Notes under the pieces: generated by a model
The model's input: the letters and a program-made list of their open reading frames with translations, nothing else
Databases searched by the model: none
What the model was told of the DNA's origin: nothing
Translations under genes and position numbers: made by a program
Source: Polyangiales bacterium
Lineage (GTDB): Bacteria > Myxococcota_A > Polyangia > Polyangiales > JADJQN01
Reading direction: 5' to 3'
Length of the DNA: 64,000 bases
Assembly (NCBI GenBank): GCA_964202905.1
Contig: CAXNJO010000002.1
Location: 96,001-160,000 of the forward strand
Part shown: in pieces, positions 9,457-21,450 of the stretch
Layout of the letters: each line of letters opens with the position of its first letter
How positions within the stretch are numbered: the first letter of the stretch is position 1

Positions 9457-11100
9457 TCAGCCCGCGGCGACGCCGTGTTCGCGGACGAGCGCGCGGGCGT
9501 AGGCGGCGATGCGGGTCCGGTTCACACGGACGTAGCGGGCGCGCGGATTGGCCGCGGCACAGGCGCGCGCGAGCGCCGTGTCCGTCGCGTGATCCTGGAA
9601 GCTGGTCGCGCCGAGCACGAGGTCGTGGGCGCCCCGCTGGATCGCCTTGACGGCCTCGGCCACGGCCCGCGGGTCCGCGACGCACCACGCGACCTCGAGA
9701 TCGAGGGCCGCGTGCAGGCGGTCGCGCAACTCCGGGTCTTCGCGGTTCGCGACGACGAGCGCACGCTGCGCGGTGAGGCGCGGGCGCACGAGGCCGAGGA
9801 GCCGCGCGGCCACCGCCTCGAGCGTACCGTCCGCGGGGTCGGCCGGGCCCGTCTCCGCGCCGCGCTGGAAGAACTCGTGCCAGGTACCCCGCGGCCGAAA
9901 CCCGGGATCGAGCGCGGCCTTGAGGGCCTGCCCGCGGTCACCGAGCCCCGTGACGAGGAAGCGGATCCGGCCGACGGCGGCACCCCAGTGTTCGGCGTCC
10001 GGCGCGCTCGCACGGAGCCAGCGCAGGCGCTGCGCGACCTCCACGAGCTCCAGGATGTCGGCGTCGCTCACGCGGACGCTGTCCGCCCGGTCCACCGGCG
10101 GGTGCGCCAGCGAGCCGCCCACGCGCTCCACCGCGGCGCGCAGACGCGCGAAGAGCGCGGCGCGCTCGGGCGGCGCCGGGAACTGCGCGGCCCCGTCGAG
10201 CCAGCCGTCGTCGAATCCGGGCTGGCTCACGAGGGCTTCGAGGCGGCTCTCGAGAATGTCCGCGAGCTCGCCCCAGCGGCGCGGCATCGGGCGCGGCGCA
10301 GGCTCGACGCTGCGCGACGCCTGCTCGACCGTCGTGTGCAACTGCAGCGCGCGCACGGTGCCCGGCCACCAGATCTTGCAGAGGTGCGTGAGGCGACGCG
10401 CGATGTTCTGCGTCGTGTGCTGCACCTGGCGCTCGGTCGGGTACTGCTCCTCGATGCTGCGGGCGCGCGCGATCCACGCGAGCACGTGCGCGCGCTGCAG
10501 GCCCGGGGCCATCAGCGATACCTCGCTCACCGCATCCTCGACGCGCGCACGCACGACGCCGAGATCCGCGAGCGCGTCCTCGACGGAGAAGAAGGTTCGC
10601 CCCGACTCGCCCTCCGAAAACGGCGGCGTCAGCGGGGGCGCTGGACGCAGGATCGGCGGCGAGCCGCTGCCGATGGTCGTGACCACCATGCGCGAGGGTG
10701 TCCGAGGCGGCGGCGTTCCCCAGCCCTCGTTCACGTGAACGACCTGCGGCCGCAGACGCTCGCGCGCCATCGTCGGCGGCGGGGTCGGCGCAGGCGCGAG
10801 GCGAGGCGGGGCGAGGCGGGGCGGCGCGGTGTCGCCCGAGAGCGCGGACTCGCGGCGCTCGACCTGCGCGTCGAACGCGGCGCGCGCGATGCGGGTCGGG
10901 AGCATCGCGCGGAGGGCGTCGCGGAGCGCGTCGGCGCCGTCGGCGCCCGCGCCCTCGAAGCGCTCCTCCTCGCCGCGGACCGTGCAACCGGCCCCTCCCT
11001 CCGACCACGCCACCGCGTAGCCGAGTTCGCGCAAGATCTCTACGGTGGCACGCGAGCGGAGGTCACTCGGCGTGCTGGTTGCTGTCGGTCGTTCAGCCAT
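9457..11100 (-). CDS. Hypothetical protein with a C-terminal DUF2325-like domain
   Basis: Long ORF with protein-like composition and a Pro-rich linker. The C-terminal alpha/beta segment ALVVANRE...DLVLGATSFQDH...ACAAA..YVRV resembles DUF2325. Confidence 0.65.
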   Translation of the reverse strand: MAERPTATSTPSDLRSRATVEILRELGYAVAWSEGGAGCTVRGEEERFEGAGADGADALRDALRAMLPTRIARAAFDAQVERRESALSGDTAPPRLAPPRLAPAPTPPPTMARERLRPQVVHVNEGWGTPPPRTPSRMVVTTIGSGSPPILRPAPPLTPPFSEGESGRTFFSVEDALADLGVVRARVEDAVSEVSLMAPGLQRAHVLAWIARARSIEEQYPTERQVQHTTQNIARRLTHLCKIWWPGTVRALQLHTTVEQASRSVEPAPRPMPRRWGELADILESRLEALVSQPGFDDGWLDGAAQFPAPPERAALFARLRAAVERVGGSLAHPPVDRADSVRVSDADILELVEVAQRLRWLRASAPDAEHWGAAVGRIRFLVTGLGDRGQALKAALDPGFRPRGTWHEFFQRGAETGPADPADGTLEAVAARLLGLVRPRLTAQRALVVANREDPELRDRLHAALDLEVAWCVADPRAVAEAVKAIQRGAHDLVLGATSFQDHATDTALARACAAANPRARYVRVNRTRIAAYARALVREHGVAAG

Positions 11101-11214
11101 CGGTTCCCGGAGGATGACGCATCCCATGTCGGAACAGCCGCCTGACCACAAACTCCAGCTTCTCCCGATTTCGTCCCCGCCCCGCGATGCGGCACGTGCG
11201 CAGCGTCCGGAGTC

Positions 11215-12561
11215 TCAGGGGCGTGCCGGTGCGCGGCGCGCGATCCCCCGCTCCACCTGCCTCAGCAGCCAGGGTACGCACGCCGCGAGGAAGATCGACG
11301 TCCCGGCGACGCGCGGCATCCCCACGAGCATCCCGTCGGGGCCGTCGCGCAGCAGGAGTGACGAGAGCAGCGCCCCGGCCGCCGACGCGAAATGCTGCAC
11401 GGCCGACTGCAGGCTCATGAAGGCGGCGCGCTGCTGCGGACGCGGCACCTTGGTCATGGTCGCGCCCTGCGCGACGTTGCGGATCGACATCGAGAACATG
11501 AAGCCGACGAAGAGCACGACCATCGGGGCGAGCGCCGCGAGCGGCAGCGACGCCCCCCCGACGCGCACGGTGATGTCGAACGGTCCCCCCGCGGCCGCGT
11601 GCACGAGCGCCGCGGTGTCCGCGCGGTCGTAGACCACGAAACCGAACCAGATGACGCTGCAGAGCACGAGCGTTCCGACGACCGACACCGGGAACGCGCC
11701 CAGCCGATCGACGATGCGCCCGGCGCGCCGGATCGTGAAGATCGTGACGAGCCCGCCCGCGAAGTAGAGCAGCTTCAGCATCGCCTTCGGGAACTCGAGG
11801 TTCGCGTCGAGGTACCCGGCGATGGTCGGGATGAGCGCGAAGCTGCCCATCATCACGAGCGCCGTCGTCGAGAGCGCGAGCCACGCGAGCCGATCGCCGA
11901 AGAGCGCCCCGAGCCCGCCGAGGCGCGGTGTCGGCGCGCCCGCGAGGATGTGGCCGCGCAGCGACGGGAGGCGGAGGTGCGTGTACCCGAACGCCAGCAC
12001 GCCGAGCGCCGCGACCCCGAAGAAGGGCGCGCGCCATCCGCCGAGGTCCGCGAGCGTCAGGCCGAACGGGACCCCGAGCACGGAGGCCACCGAGAAGGCG
12101 GTCATCACGGTGCCGAGGGCGCGGCCACGGCGCTCGGGCGGCACGATGTCGGCCACGATCGCGAGCGCGACCGAGGTCGCGGGCCCCCCGAAGAGCCCTG
12201 CGAGCACGCGTGCGAGCAGGAGCGTCGGCAGATCGACCGCGAAGCCGCCGAGCGCCGTCGCGGCGGTGAGCCCGAGCATCGACACCAGCAGCGCGCGCCG
12301 ACGGTCGAAGCGGTCGAGGAAGAGCGCGCCGACGAGCCCGCTCAACCCCGCGGCCGCGGTGTACGCCGTGCCGACGTAACCGACCTCGGACCGCGGGAAG
12401 TGAAGCGCCTCCGCGAAGTACGGCCCGAGCGGCATCACCATCATGAAATCGAGGATGTTGACGAGCTGCACGAGCGCGACGAGCAGGACGACGCGCTGCT
12501 CGTCTGGTCCGGGCAGCCGCGGAACGGGCGCTGCGCTGCCCGAGCGATCCGGATCGTTCAT
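11215..12561 (-). CDS. MFS transporter (DHA1-like efflux)
   Basis: About 12 hydrophobic segments, motif A (LDRFDRRR), NILDFMMVMPLGP and DIVPPERRGRALG. Confidence 0.92.
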   Translation of the reverse strand: MNDPDRSGSAAPVPRLPGPDEQRVVLLVALVQLVNILDFMMVMPLGPYFAEALHFPRSEVGYVGTAYTAAAGLSGLVGALFLDRFDRRRALLVSMLGLTAATALGGFAVDLPTLLLARVLAGLFGGPATSVALAIVADIVPPERRGRALGTVMTAFSVASVLGVPFGLTLADLGGWRAPFFGVAALGVLAFGYTHLRLPSLRGHILAGAPTPRLGGLGALFGDRLAWLALSTTALVMMGSFALIPTIAGYLDANLEFPKAMLKLLYFAGGLVTIFTIRRAGRIVDRLGAFPVSVVGTLVLCSVIWFGFVVYDRADTAALVHAAAGGPFDITVRVGGASLPLAALAPMVVLFVGFMFSMSIRNVAQGATMTKVPRPQQRAAFMSLQSAVQHFASAAGALLSSLLLRDGPDGMLVGMPRVAGTSIFLAACVPWLLRQVERGIARRAPARP

Positions 12562-12637
12562 CGACGCACCGTAGACGTCGCCCGGCCCCCTGAGAAGCAC
12601 CGCGCGCGGCGGCGCGGGGCTGCTACGCTCGGCGCGC

Positions 12638-13840
12638 ATGTCGGCACGCCCCCACGCGCTCGGGCTCCGCGCGAGCGACGCCGACGAGCCCGCGACCGCG
12701 GACGATTGGCGCTGGCAGGTTCGCCACGCGGTCACGGATCTGGCCGGTCTCGAGGCGCGCCTGCACCTCACCGAACGCGAGCGCGAGGGCGTGCGCCGCG
12801 CGTTGGCGGACGGCTTCCCGATGTCGATCACGCCGCACTATCTGGGGCTCTGCGACCCTCACGATCCCGCGTGTCCCGTGCGCGTGCAGTGCGTGCCCGT
12901 CGCCGACGAGGCCCGCAGCGTGCCCGGCGATCTGCGCGATCCGCTTGGCGAGGAGGCGCACGAGGTCGCGCCACATCTCGTGCAGCGCTATCCAGACCGC
13001 GCGCTGCTTCTCGCGACCGATCGCTGCAGCGTCTATTGCCGTTTCTGCACGCGCTCGCGCATGGTCGGCGCGGGCGGCGGCGCCCGCAGCATGGAGCGGC
13101 TCGCGCCCGCGTTCGCCTGGCTGCGCGCGCACCCCGAGGTGCGCGACGTCATCGTCTCCGGCGGTGATCCGCTGGTGATGCGCACCGAGCGCCTCGCCGA
13201 GATCCTCGGCGCGCTCGCGGCGATCGAGAGCCTCGACACGGTGCGCGTCGCGACCCGCGCGCCGGTCACGCTCCCACAGCGCATCACGGGCGAGCTCTGC
13301 GCGGCGCTCCGCACGCACCCGGCGGTGTGGCTCATGACGCACTTCAACCACCCGAAGGAGCTCGCCCCCGCGGCCCTCCGCGCGTGCGGGCGGCTCATCG
13401 ACGCGGGCATCCCCGTGATGAACCAGACGGTGCTGCTCCGCGGCGTGAACGACGACGCCGACGTGCTCGAGCGGCTCTTTCGCGGGCTCGTCCGCACGCG
13501 CGTTCGGCCCTACTACCTACTCCAGGCCGACCCGGTGCGCGGCACCGGGCACCTGCGGACGCCGATCGCGACGGGCCTCGCGATCATGGAGCGCCTGCAG
13601 GGCCGGCTCACGGGGATCGCGGTGCCGAAGTTCATCGTCGACACGCCGGGCGGCCGCGGGAAGGTCCCGCTCCTGCCCGACTACGTCGCGGCGCGCGGCG
13701 CGGGGACGACGACGCTCCGCACCTTCCGCGGCGAGCTCGTCGACTACATCGATCCGCCCTCCCCGTGCGCACCCTCCGCGCCGGTCGACGACGCACGAAC
13801 CCCCGACGCGAACGGGCAAAACGCCGCGACGAACGCGTGA
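12638..13840 (+). CDS. KamA-family radical SAM/PLP aminomutase (lysine 2,3-aminomutase-like)
   Basis: DWRWQ, DPLGEE, QRYPDR, CSVYCRFCTR, SGGDPL, THFNHPKE, NQTVLLRGVND and PGGRGKV (PLP lysine). Confidence 0.92.
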   Translation: MSARPHALGLRASDADEPATADDWRWQVRHAVTDLAGLEARLHLTEREREGVRRALADGFPMSITPHYLGLCDPHDPACPVRVQCVPVADEARSVPGDLRDPLGEEAHEVAPHLVQRYPDRALLLATDRCSVYCRFCTRSRMVGAGGGARSMERLAPAFAWLRAHPEVRDVIVSGGDPLVMRTERLAEILGALAAIESLDTVRVATRAPVTLPQRITGELCAALRTHPAVWLMTHFNHPKELAPAALRACGRLIDAGIPVMNQTVLLRGVNDDADVLERLFRGLVRTRVRPYYLLQADPVRGTGHLRTPIATGLAIMERLQGRLTGIAVPKFIVDTPGGRGKVPLLPDYVAARGAGTTTLRTFRGELVDYIDPPSPCAPSAPVDDARTPDANGQNAATNA

Positions 13841-13904
13841 CTTTCCCGTTGGCGCGATCGACCCCACGGTGTATAGGCGCGCGGGACTCCAACGAGGTCT
13901 AGAG

Positions 13905-14627
13905 ATGCAACGAGCGCGGCTCCTCCATCAGACGTCCATCGGGAAGAAGGCCATCGTGGCCGTCACCGGCGTCGTGATGTTCGGCTTTCTCGTCGGACAC
14001 ATGGCCGGGAACCTCCAGGTGTTCCTCGGCCCCGAGAAGATCAACGCGTACGCCGCCTTCTTGAAGGCCACGCTGCCCCTGCTCTGGGGCACGCGCGCGG
14101 TGCTGCTCGTCTCGGTCGCGGCCCACATCTACTATTCGCTGTCCCTCGCCGCCGAGGCCGGCGACGCGCGGCCGAGGGCCTACGCGAAGCGCGTGAACAA
14201 CGCGACCAACCTCGCCGCGATCTCGATGCGCCTGAGCGGCCCGACGGTCGCGCTCTTCATCGTCTATCACCTGCTGCACCTCACCCTCGGCTACTCGCCG
14301 ACGGGCACGCACAGCGAGACGAACGTCTACGCGAACGTGATCGGCAGCTTCCAGATCCCATGGCTCGCGGCGGTGTACGTCGTCGCCCAGCTGCTGCTCG
14401 GGGTGCACCTCTTCCACGGCGCGTGGAGCTTCTTCCAGACGCTCGGCCTCAGCCACCCGCGCTACGACGGCTTCCGCCGCACCTTCGCCGTGGGCCTCAC
14501 GGTCCTCATCGTGGGCGGCAACGTCAGCATCCCCGTCGCCATCGCCTCCGGGCTCTTCCCGGGCGAGGCGCAGGTCGGCGCCGCCGACGGCGAGCCGATC
14601 GAGGCGAACAACCTCGTCGTCGAATGA
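13905..14627 (+). CDS. sdhC: Succinate dehydrogenase/fumarate reductase cytochrome b subunit
   Basis: [19 protein letters not shown], five TM segments with heme-ligand His, [11 protein letters not shown]. Directly upstream of sdhA. Confidence 0.93.
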   Translation: MQRARLLHQTSIGKKAIVAVTGVVMFGFLVGHMAGNLQVFLGPEKINAYAAFLKATLPLLWGTRAVLLVSVAAHIYYSLSLAAEAGDARPRAYAKRVNNATNLAAISMRLSGPTVALFIVYHLLHLTLGYSPTGTHSETNVYANVIGSFQIPWLAAVYVVAQLLLGVHLFHGAWSFFQTLGLSHPRYDGFRRTFAVGLTVLIVGGNVSIPVAIASGLFPGEAQVGAADGEPIEANNLVVE

Positions 14628-14655
14628 CGCGCATCCACTCCCCGGAGACAACGCG

Positions 14656-16602
14656 ATGGAGCTGAAGTCGAACGCCCCCGATGGCCCTATCGAGACGCGC
14701 TGGGACCGCCACCGCTTCTCGATGAAGCTCGTGAACCCGGCGAACAAGCGGAAGTACAAAGTCATCGTCGTGGGCACCGGCCTCGCCGGGGCGAGCGCGT
14801 CCGCGACGCTGGCCGAGCTCGGCTACCACGTCGACGCCTTCTGCTATCAAGACTCGCCGCGCCGCGCGCACTCCATCGCGGCCCAGGGCGGCATCAACGG
14901 CGCGAAGAACTACCAGAACGACGGCGACAGCGTCTATCGCCTCTTCTACGACACCGTGAAAGGCGGCGACTTCCGCGCCCGCGAGTCGAACGTCTACCGC
15001 CTCGCGCAGATCAGCGTGCAGATCATCGATCAGTGCGTCGCGCAGGGCGTCCCGTTCGCGCGCGAGTACGGCGGCCTGCTCGCGAACCGCAGCTTCGGTG
15101 GCGCACAGGTCTCGCGCACGTTCTACGCGCGCGGCCAGACGGGGCAGCAGCTCCTGCTCGGCGCGTACCAGGCGCTCGAGAAGATGATCGACGCCGGCGG
15201 CGTGACGATGCACCCGCGCTGCGAGATGCTCGACCTCATCGTCATCGACGGGCGCGCGCGCGGGATCATCACGCGCAGCCTCGTCGACGGCAAACTCGAG
15301 GTCCACATGGCGGACGCCGTGTGTCTCGCGACGGGCGGTTACGGCAACGTCTTCTACCTCTCGACCAACGCCAAGGGTTGCAACGTCACCGCGACGTGGC
15401 GCGCACACCGCCGCGGCGCCCTCTTCGCGAACCCCTGCTACACGCAGATCCACCCGACCTGCATCCCCGTGAAGGGCGACTACCAGTCGAAGCTCACGCT
15501 GATGAGCGAGTCGCTCCGCAACGACGGCCGCGTCTGGGTCCCGAAGCGGCGCGAGGACGTGGACAAGAAGCCCGGCGAGATCCCCGAGTCGGATCGCGAC
15601 TACTACCTCGAGCGGATGTATCCGAGCTTCGGCAACCTCGCCCCGCGCGACATCGCCTCGCGCGGTGCGAAGACGGTCTGCGACGAGGGGCGCGGCGTCG
15701 GCCCCGGCGGGCTCGGCGTCTACCTCGACTTCGCCGACGCGATCAAGCGGCTCGGCCAAGCGCAGATCGCGGAGCGCTACGGCAACCTCTTCGAGATGTA
15801 CCAGCGCATCACCGACGAGAACCCCTACGAGGTTCCGATGCGCATCTACCCGGCCGTCCACTACACGATGGGCGGGCTCTGGGTCGACTACAACCTCCAG
15901 AGCACGATCCCCGGGCTCTTCGTGCTCGGCGAGGCGAACTTCTCCGACCACGGCGCGAACCGCCTCGGCGCGAGCGCGCTCATGCAGGGCCTCGCGGACG
16001 GCTACTTCGTCATCCCCGCGACGCTCGGCAACTACCTCGCGAGCGAATCGGGCGGGAAACTCTTCGAGAAGCGGCCCGACGAGACGCACCCAGAGGCCGT
16101 GAAGGTCCGCGACGAGGTCGCCGCGCGGCTCGACAAACTCCTCCACAGCAAGACCCCGAAGCGGACGCCCGCCTCCTTCCACCGCGAGCTCGGCAAGCTC
16201 GTCTGGGACCAGTGCGGCATGGCCCGCACGCGCAAGGGGCTGGAGGAGGCGCTCACGCGCATCCCGCAGCTGCGCGAAGAGTTCTGGGAGACCGTCTCCG
16301 TGCCGGGCAGCGGCGAGGAGCTCAACCAGACGCTCGAGCACGCCGGGCGCGTCGCCGACTTCCTCGAGTTCGCCGAGCTGCTCTGCAAGGACGCCCTCGA
16401 CCGCGAGGAGTCGTGCGGCGGGCATTTCCGCGAGGAGCACCAGGTCGAGAGCGGCCCTGAAAAGGGCGAGGCCAAGCGCAACGACGAGGCGTTCCAGTAC
16501 GCGGCGGCCTGGGAGTGGAAGGGCTTCGGCGCGGCGCCCGCGCTCCACAAGGAGCCGCTGGCCTTCGATTACGTCAAACCTTCGCAGCGCAGCTACAAGT
16601 GA
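14656..16602 (+). CDS. sdhA: Succinate dehydrogenase/fumarate reductase flavoprotein subunit
   Basis: [19 protein letters not shown] (covalent FAD His), QIHPT, HYTMGG, HGANRLG and [10 protein letters not shown]. Confidence 0.97.
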   Translation: MELKSNAPDGPIETRWDRHRFSMKLVNPANKRKYKVIVVGTGLAGASASATLAELGYHVDAFCYQDSPRRAHSIAAQGGINGAKNYQNDGDSVYRLFYDTVKGGDFRARESNVYRLAQISVQIIDQCVAQGVPFAREYGGLLANRSFGGAQVSRTFYARGQTGQQLLLGAYQALEKMIDAGGVTMHPRCEMLDLIVIDGRARGIITRSLVDGKLEVHMADAVCLATGGYGNVFYLSTNAKGCNVTATWRAHRRGALFANPCYTQIHPTCIPVKGDYQSKLTLMSESLRNDGRVWVPKRREDVDKKPGEIPESDRDYYLERMYPSFGNLAPRDIASRGAKTVCDEGRGVGPGGLGVYLDFADAIKRLGQAQIAERYGNLFEMYQRITDENPYEVPMRIYPAVHYTMGGLWVDYNLQSTIPGLFVLGEANFSDHGANRLGASALMQGLADGYFVIPATLGNYLASESGGKLFEKRPDETHPEAVKVRDEVAARLDKLLHSKTPKRTPASFHRELGKLVWDQCGMARTRKGLEEALTRIPQLREEFWETVSVPGSGEELNQTLEHAGRVADFLEFAELLCKDALDREESCGGHFREEHQVESGPEKGEAKRNDEAFQYAAAWEWKGFGAAPALHKEPLAFDYVKPSQRSYK

Positions 16603-16619
16603 GCAGGGGAGAGACGACC

Positions 16620-17435
16620 ATGGCAGGCAACGGTCAGTCCGCTTCGCAGAAGGCTTCGATGAAGCTCAGGCTCCACGTCTGGCGGCAGCAGAACGCCGGC
16701 GACGCCGGGCGCTTCGAGGAGTACGCCGCCGAGGGCATCAGCCCGGACATGTCGTTCCTCGAGATGCTCGATGTCGTGAACGAGGGGCTGATCACCTCGG
16801 GCAAGACGCCGATCGCCTTCGATCACGACTGCCGCGAGGGGATCTGCGGCAGCTGCGGCCTGATGATCAACGGCATCGCGCACGGGCCGCAGGGCGCGAC
16901 GACGACCTGCCAGTTGCACATGCGCTCGTTCGCGGATGGCGACGAGCTCTGGATCGAGCCGTGGCGTGCGCGGGCGTTCCCCGTCGTCCGCGACCTCGTC
17001 GTCAACCGCGGCGCGCTCGACCGCATCGTCGCGAAGGGCGGCTACGTGTCGGTGCGCACCGGCTCGGCGCGCGACGCGAACGAGATCCTGGTGCCGAAGC
17101 AGCAGTCGGATGCCGCGATGGACAACGCCGCGTGCATCGGCTGCGGCGCGTGCGTCGCCGCCTGCCCCAACGCGAGCGCGTCGCTCTTCACCGCCGCGAA
17201 GGTCACGCACCTCGCCGAGCTCCCCCAGGGCCAGCCCGAGCGCTTCCGCCGCGTGCGGCGCATGGTCGAGCAGATGGATGTCGAGGGCTTCGGCCACTGC
17301 ACGAACCACCGCGAGTGCGAAGCCGTCTGCCCGAAGGGCATCCGCATCGGGTCGATCGCGCAGATGAACCGTGACTACCTGCGCGCCGTGCTGACGAAGC
17401 CCGAGGACAAGGAGTCTTCGGGCGGCGCGGGCTGA
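16620..17435 (+). CDS. sdhB: Succinate dehydrogenase/fumarate reductase iron-sulfur subunit
   Basis: [21 protein letters not shown] and [13 protein letters not shown]. Confidence 0.96.
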   Translation: MAGNGQSASQKASMKLRLHVWRQQNAGDAGRFEEYAAEGISPDMSFLEMLDVVNEGLITSGKTPIAFDHDCREGICGSCGLMINGIAHGPQGATTTCQLHMRSFADGDELWIEPWRARAFPVVRDLVVNRGALDRIVAKGGYVSVRTGSARDANEILVPKQQSDAAMDNAACIGCGACVAACPNASASLFTAAKVTHLAELPQGQPERFRRVRRMVEQMDVEGFGHCTNHRECEAVCPKGIRIGSIAQMNRDYLRAVLTKPEDKESSGGAG

Positions 17436-17513
17436 ACCTCGCATCACGCAGCGACGCGACGAGCGTCGATCCACGGCCCCGACTGAATGACGATTCAGCC
17501 GGGGCCGCGTCGT

Positions 17514-18812
<1,299 letters not shown>

Positions 18813-18861
18813 CGCGGGATCCTAGTCCCGCGGCGCGCGGGGCAACACCCCTCGCCGCGCG

Positions 18862-19476
18862 TCAGCGCTTCTCGAGCTCGCGGAGCCGCGCCCGCACGAT
18901 GAGCGCGAGCGGGACGACGACGAGGAACGCGACGCCGAGGGCGACCCACGCGTACACCGAGGCGAGCGCGGCGAGGCGCTGCCAGCTCCCGCCGAGCGCC
19001 CACCCGACGCCGAGCAGGAGCGCGTTCCACGCGCTCGCGCTGACCGCCCCCCAGACCGCGACGCGCGACACCGGGACCCGCGCGAGCCCGGCGCCGACGA
19101 AGAAGAAGGCGCGCAGCGCCGGCACGAAGCGGTTGATGGCGAGGTATGCGGCGCCGTGCCGCTCGAAGCGCAGCCGCACCTCGTCGAGCGCCGCGCGCGA
19201 GCGCCTCCCCGCGAGCAGGCGCGGCGGCGCGTCGGGATCGATCGCGCGGCCGAACGCGTACGCGACGAGGCCGCCCGCCACGGCTCCCACGTCGAGCGCC
19301 AGGTAGACGAGCCAGGGCGAGTAGCCCGCGCTCCCGCCGAGGAACACGCCGAAGAGCGTGATCGTGTCGCCCGGGAACGGCGGGAAGACATACTCGAGCG
19401 CGGCCGCGAGCCCGAGCACGAGGTAGGCGAGCGGGCCTTCGTGCGACGTCAGCCACCCGAGGAGGAGATCCGTCAT
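18862..19476 (-). CDS. DedA family membrane protein
   Basis: LEYVFPPFPGDTITL, AYAFGR, FERHG and NRFVPALR. Confidence 0.9.
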   Translation of the reverse strand: MTDLLLGWLTSHEGPLAYLVLGLAAALEYVFPPFPGDTITLFGVFLGGSAGYSPWLVYLALDVGAVAGGLVAYAFGRAIDPDAPPRLLAGRRSRAALDEVRLRFERHGAAYLAINRFVPALRAFFFVGAGLARVPVSRVAVWGAVSASAWNALLLGVGWALGGSWQRLAALASVYAWVALGVAFLVVVPLALIVRARLRELEKR

Positions 19477-19510
19477 GTCCGCGCAGTCGTCCTCTGACGC
19501 AGTCCGGCCG

Positions 19511-20413
19511 ATGCTGCCACCACTCCGCCTCGGGCCCGGCGCGCGCGTCGCGGTCATCGCCCCCTCGAGCCCCTTCGACGTGGCGGCCTTCGAGGTCGGT
19601 GTCGCGCGGCTGCGCACGCGGTACGACGTGACGTTCCGCGACGATCTGCTCTCGAAAAGCGGCTACTTCGCCGGGGACGATGCGCGGCGACACGCGGAGC
19701 TCGACGCCGCGCTCGCCGACCCCGACGTGCGCGCGATCGTCGCGGCGCGTGGCGGGTACGGCGCGGCGCGGCTCCTCGCGCGGCTCGACGTCGCGGCCGT
19801 GCGCGCGGCGCGCAAGCTGCTCGTCGGCTTCAGCGACGTGACCGCGCTGCACGCGCTCTGGGCGCGCGCGGGCGTGCGCAGCCTGCACGCGACGATGGTG
19901 TGCGGCCTCGGCGCAGACGGGCGGACCGATCGGGAGCTCGCGCGCTGGATCGGCGCGGCGGAGGGCGAAATACCCCCTGAAATCCGAGGTCTACAGCCTC
20001 TGACGCGCGCCGTGCGGCGAGCGACGGGGCCGCTGCTCGGCGGCAACCTCGCCGTGCTCGCGGCGCTGGTCGGCACACCGCATCTGCCGCCGCTCGACGG
20101 CGCCGTGCTCTTCCTCGAGGACGTGGGCGAGCGGCCCTACCGCGTCGATCGGATGCTCACGCACCTGCGCCTCGCGGGGGTGCTCGAGCGCGTCGCGGCC
20201 GTGGTCCTCGGCACGTTCACGGACGCGGCGCCGGGCCGGGACGGCGTGACCGTCGACGACGCGATCGCCGGCTGCCTCGCGGGGCTCGACGTGCCCGTGC
20301 TCGCGGGCGTCCCTGCGGGGCACGTCGCCGACAACCTGGAGCTGCCGCTCGGCGCGCGCGTGGTCGTCGATCCCGAGGCCGGCACGCTCACCTTCACCGA
20401 AGGGCTCGCGTAG
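19511..20413 (+). CDS. ldcA: LD-carboxypeptidase (peptidase S66)
   Basis: VIAPSS, ARGGYG, VGFSDVT (Ser), GGNL, LFLEDVGE (Glu) and PAGH (His). Confidence 0.92.
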   Translation: MLPPLRLGPGARVAVIAPSSPFDVAAFEVGVARLRTRYDVTFRDDLLSKSGYFAGDDARRHAELDAALADPDVRAIVAARGGYGAARLLARLDVAAVRAARKLLVGFSDVTALHALWARAGVRSLHATMVCGLGADGRTDRELARWIGAAEGEIPPEIRGLQPLTRAVRRATGPLLGGNLAVLAALVGTPHLPPLDGAVLFLEDVGERPYRVDRMLTHLRLAGVLERVAAVVLGTFTDAAPGRDGVTVDDAIAGCLAGLDVPVLAGVPAGHVADNLELPLGARVVVDPEAGTLTFTEGLA

Positions 20414-20429
20414 CGCGCACGCGGCGCTG

Positions 20430-21340
20430 AGCGCGGGTAGGACAGCGTCATACCGAGTACGGTCACGAGCACCAGGACGAGCGGCGTGAGCACGAGGAAG
20501 ACGAGCAGCGTGAAGCCCATCACGTCGCGCGCGCGCAGCCGGAAGAGGCCGACGACGGGCAACATCCAGAAGGGTTGCACGAGGTTCGCGAGCGCCTCGC
20601 CGAGGTCGTCGCAGGCGACCATCCAGCCGAGATGCACGCGCAGCTCGTGCGCGGCCTGCATCACGTACGGCGCCTCGAACACCCACTTGGAGCCGCCGCT
20701 CGGCACGAAGACCCCGAGCAGCATGGAGTACGCGGCGATGAGCGCCGGGAAGCTCGCGGCGCTCGAGACGCCGACGAACCAGCCGGCGATGAGCGCGTTG
20801 AGGTGCGTCTTCGCGATGACGGCCGCGATCCCCGCGTAGATCGGGAACTGCAGGGGGATGCCCCAACACCGCGAGCGTCGCCTCGCGCAGCGCCCGCATG
20901 AGCCGCGCCGGGGGGCCGTGCAGCGCGACGCCGAGCGTGAGGAAATTCAGGTGCACCGTGTCGAGGTCGATGGCGGTGAGCACGCTCGGGGCGCGCGCGA
21001 AGTAGCGGACGAGGTACACGCCCGCGAGCGCGACGAACGCGATCGAGAGCAGCGGCGAGCGCTCGAGCCAGTCACCCACCGTCGCGCGCGGGGCGGCGAG
21101 CGGCGCCTCCGCGTCGGGTTCGTCGAGCGCGATGCCGAGGTCCGCGGCGCTCTTCGCGCGGGCGCCCGCGGCGCCGCGAGCCAGACGACGAGCGTGACGA
21201 CCGCGATCTCGAGCGGCGGCGTCGGCGTCGCGACCGCTGCGCCTGCGACCACGAGCACGGTCCCGATCAGCGCAAACACGAACGCATCGGGGACGAAGCG
21301 CGCGGCGGCGCGCGTGAGGAACGACGCGAGGCGCTCGAGC
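20430..21340 (-). pseudogene. Short-chain fatty acid transporter (AtoE/TIGR00366 family) remnant
   Basis: RFVPDAFVFAL, DWLERSP, LQFPIYAGI, FVPSGGSKW..EAPY and ANLVQPFWMLP lie in three frames. Only about 300 codons, no clear start, and the expected stop after TLSYP is absent. Confidence 0.75.
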
Positions 21341-21450
21341 GGCGGCTGCGCGGCGGTTGCGCGGCGGCTGCGGAGATGCGTCGCGACCCTACAATCCGGG
21401 GCGCGCGGCGCGCTTGCGCCCCGATCGGGGCCAGCCCACGCTCGCGCGCG

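Noticed and set aside
13905..17435. Succinate dehydrogenase lacking sdhD
   Set aside because: Three-subunit enzymes with one di-heme anchor are a well-known type in menaquinone-using bacteria.
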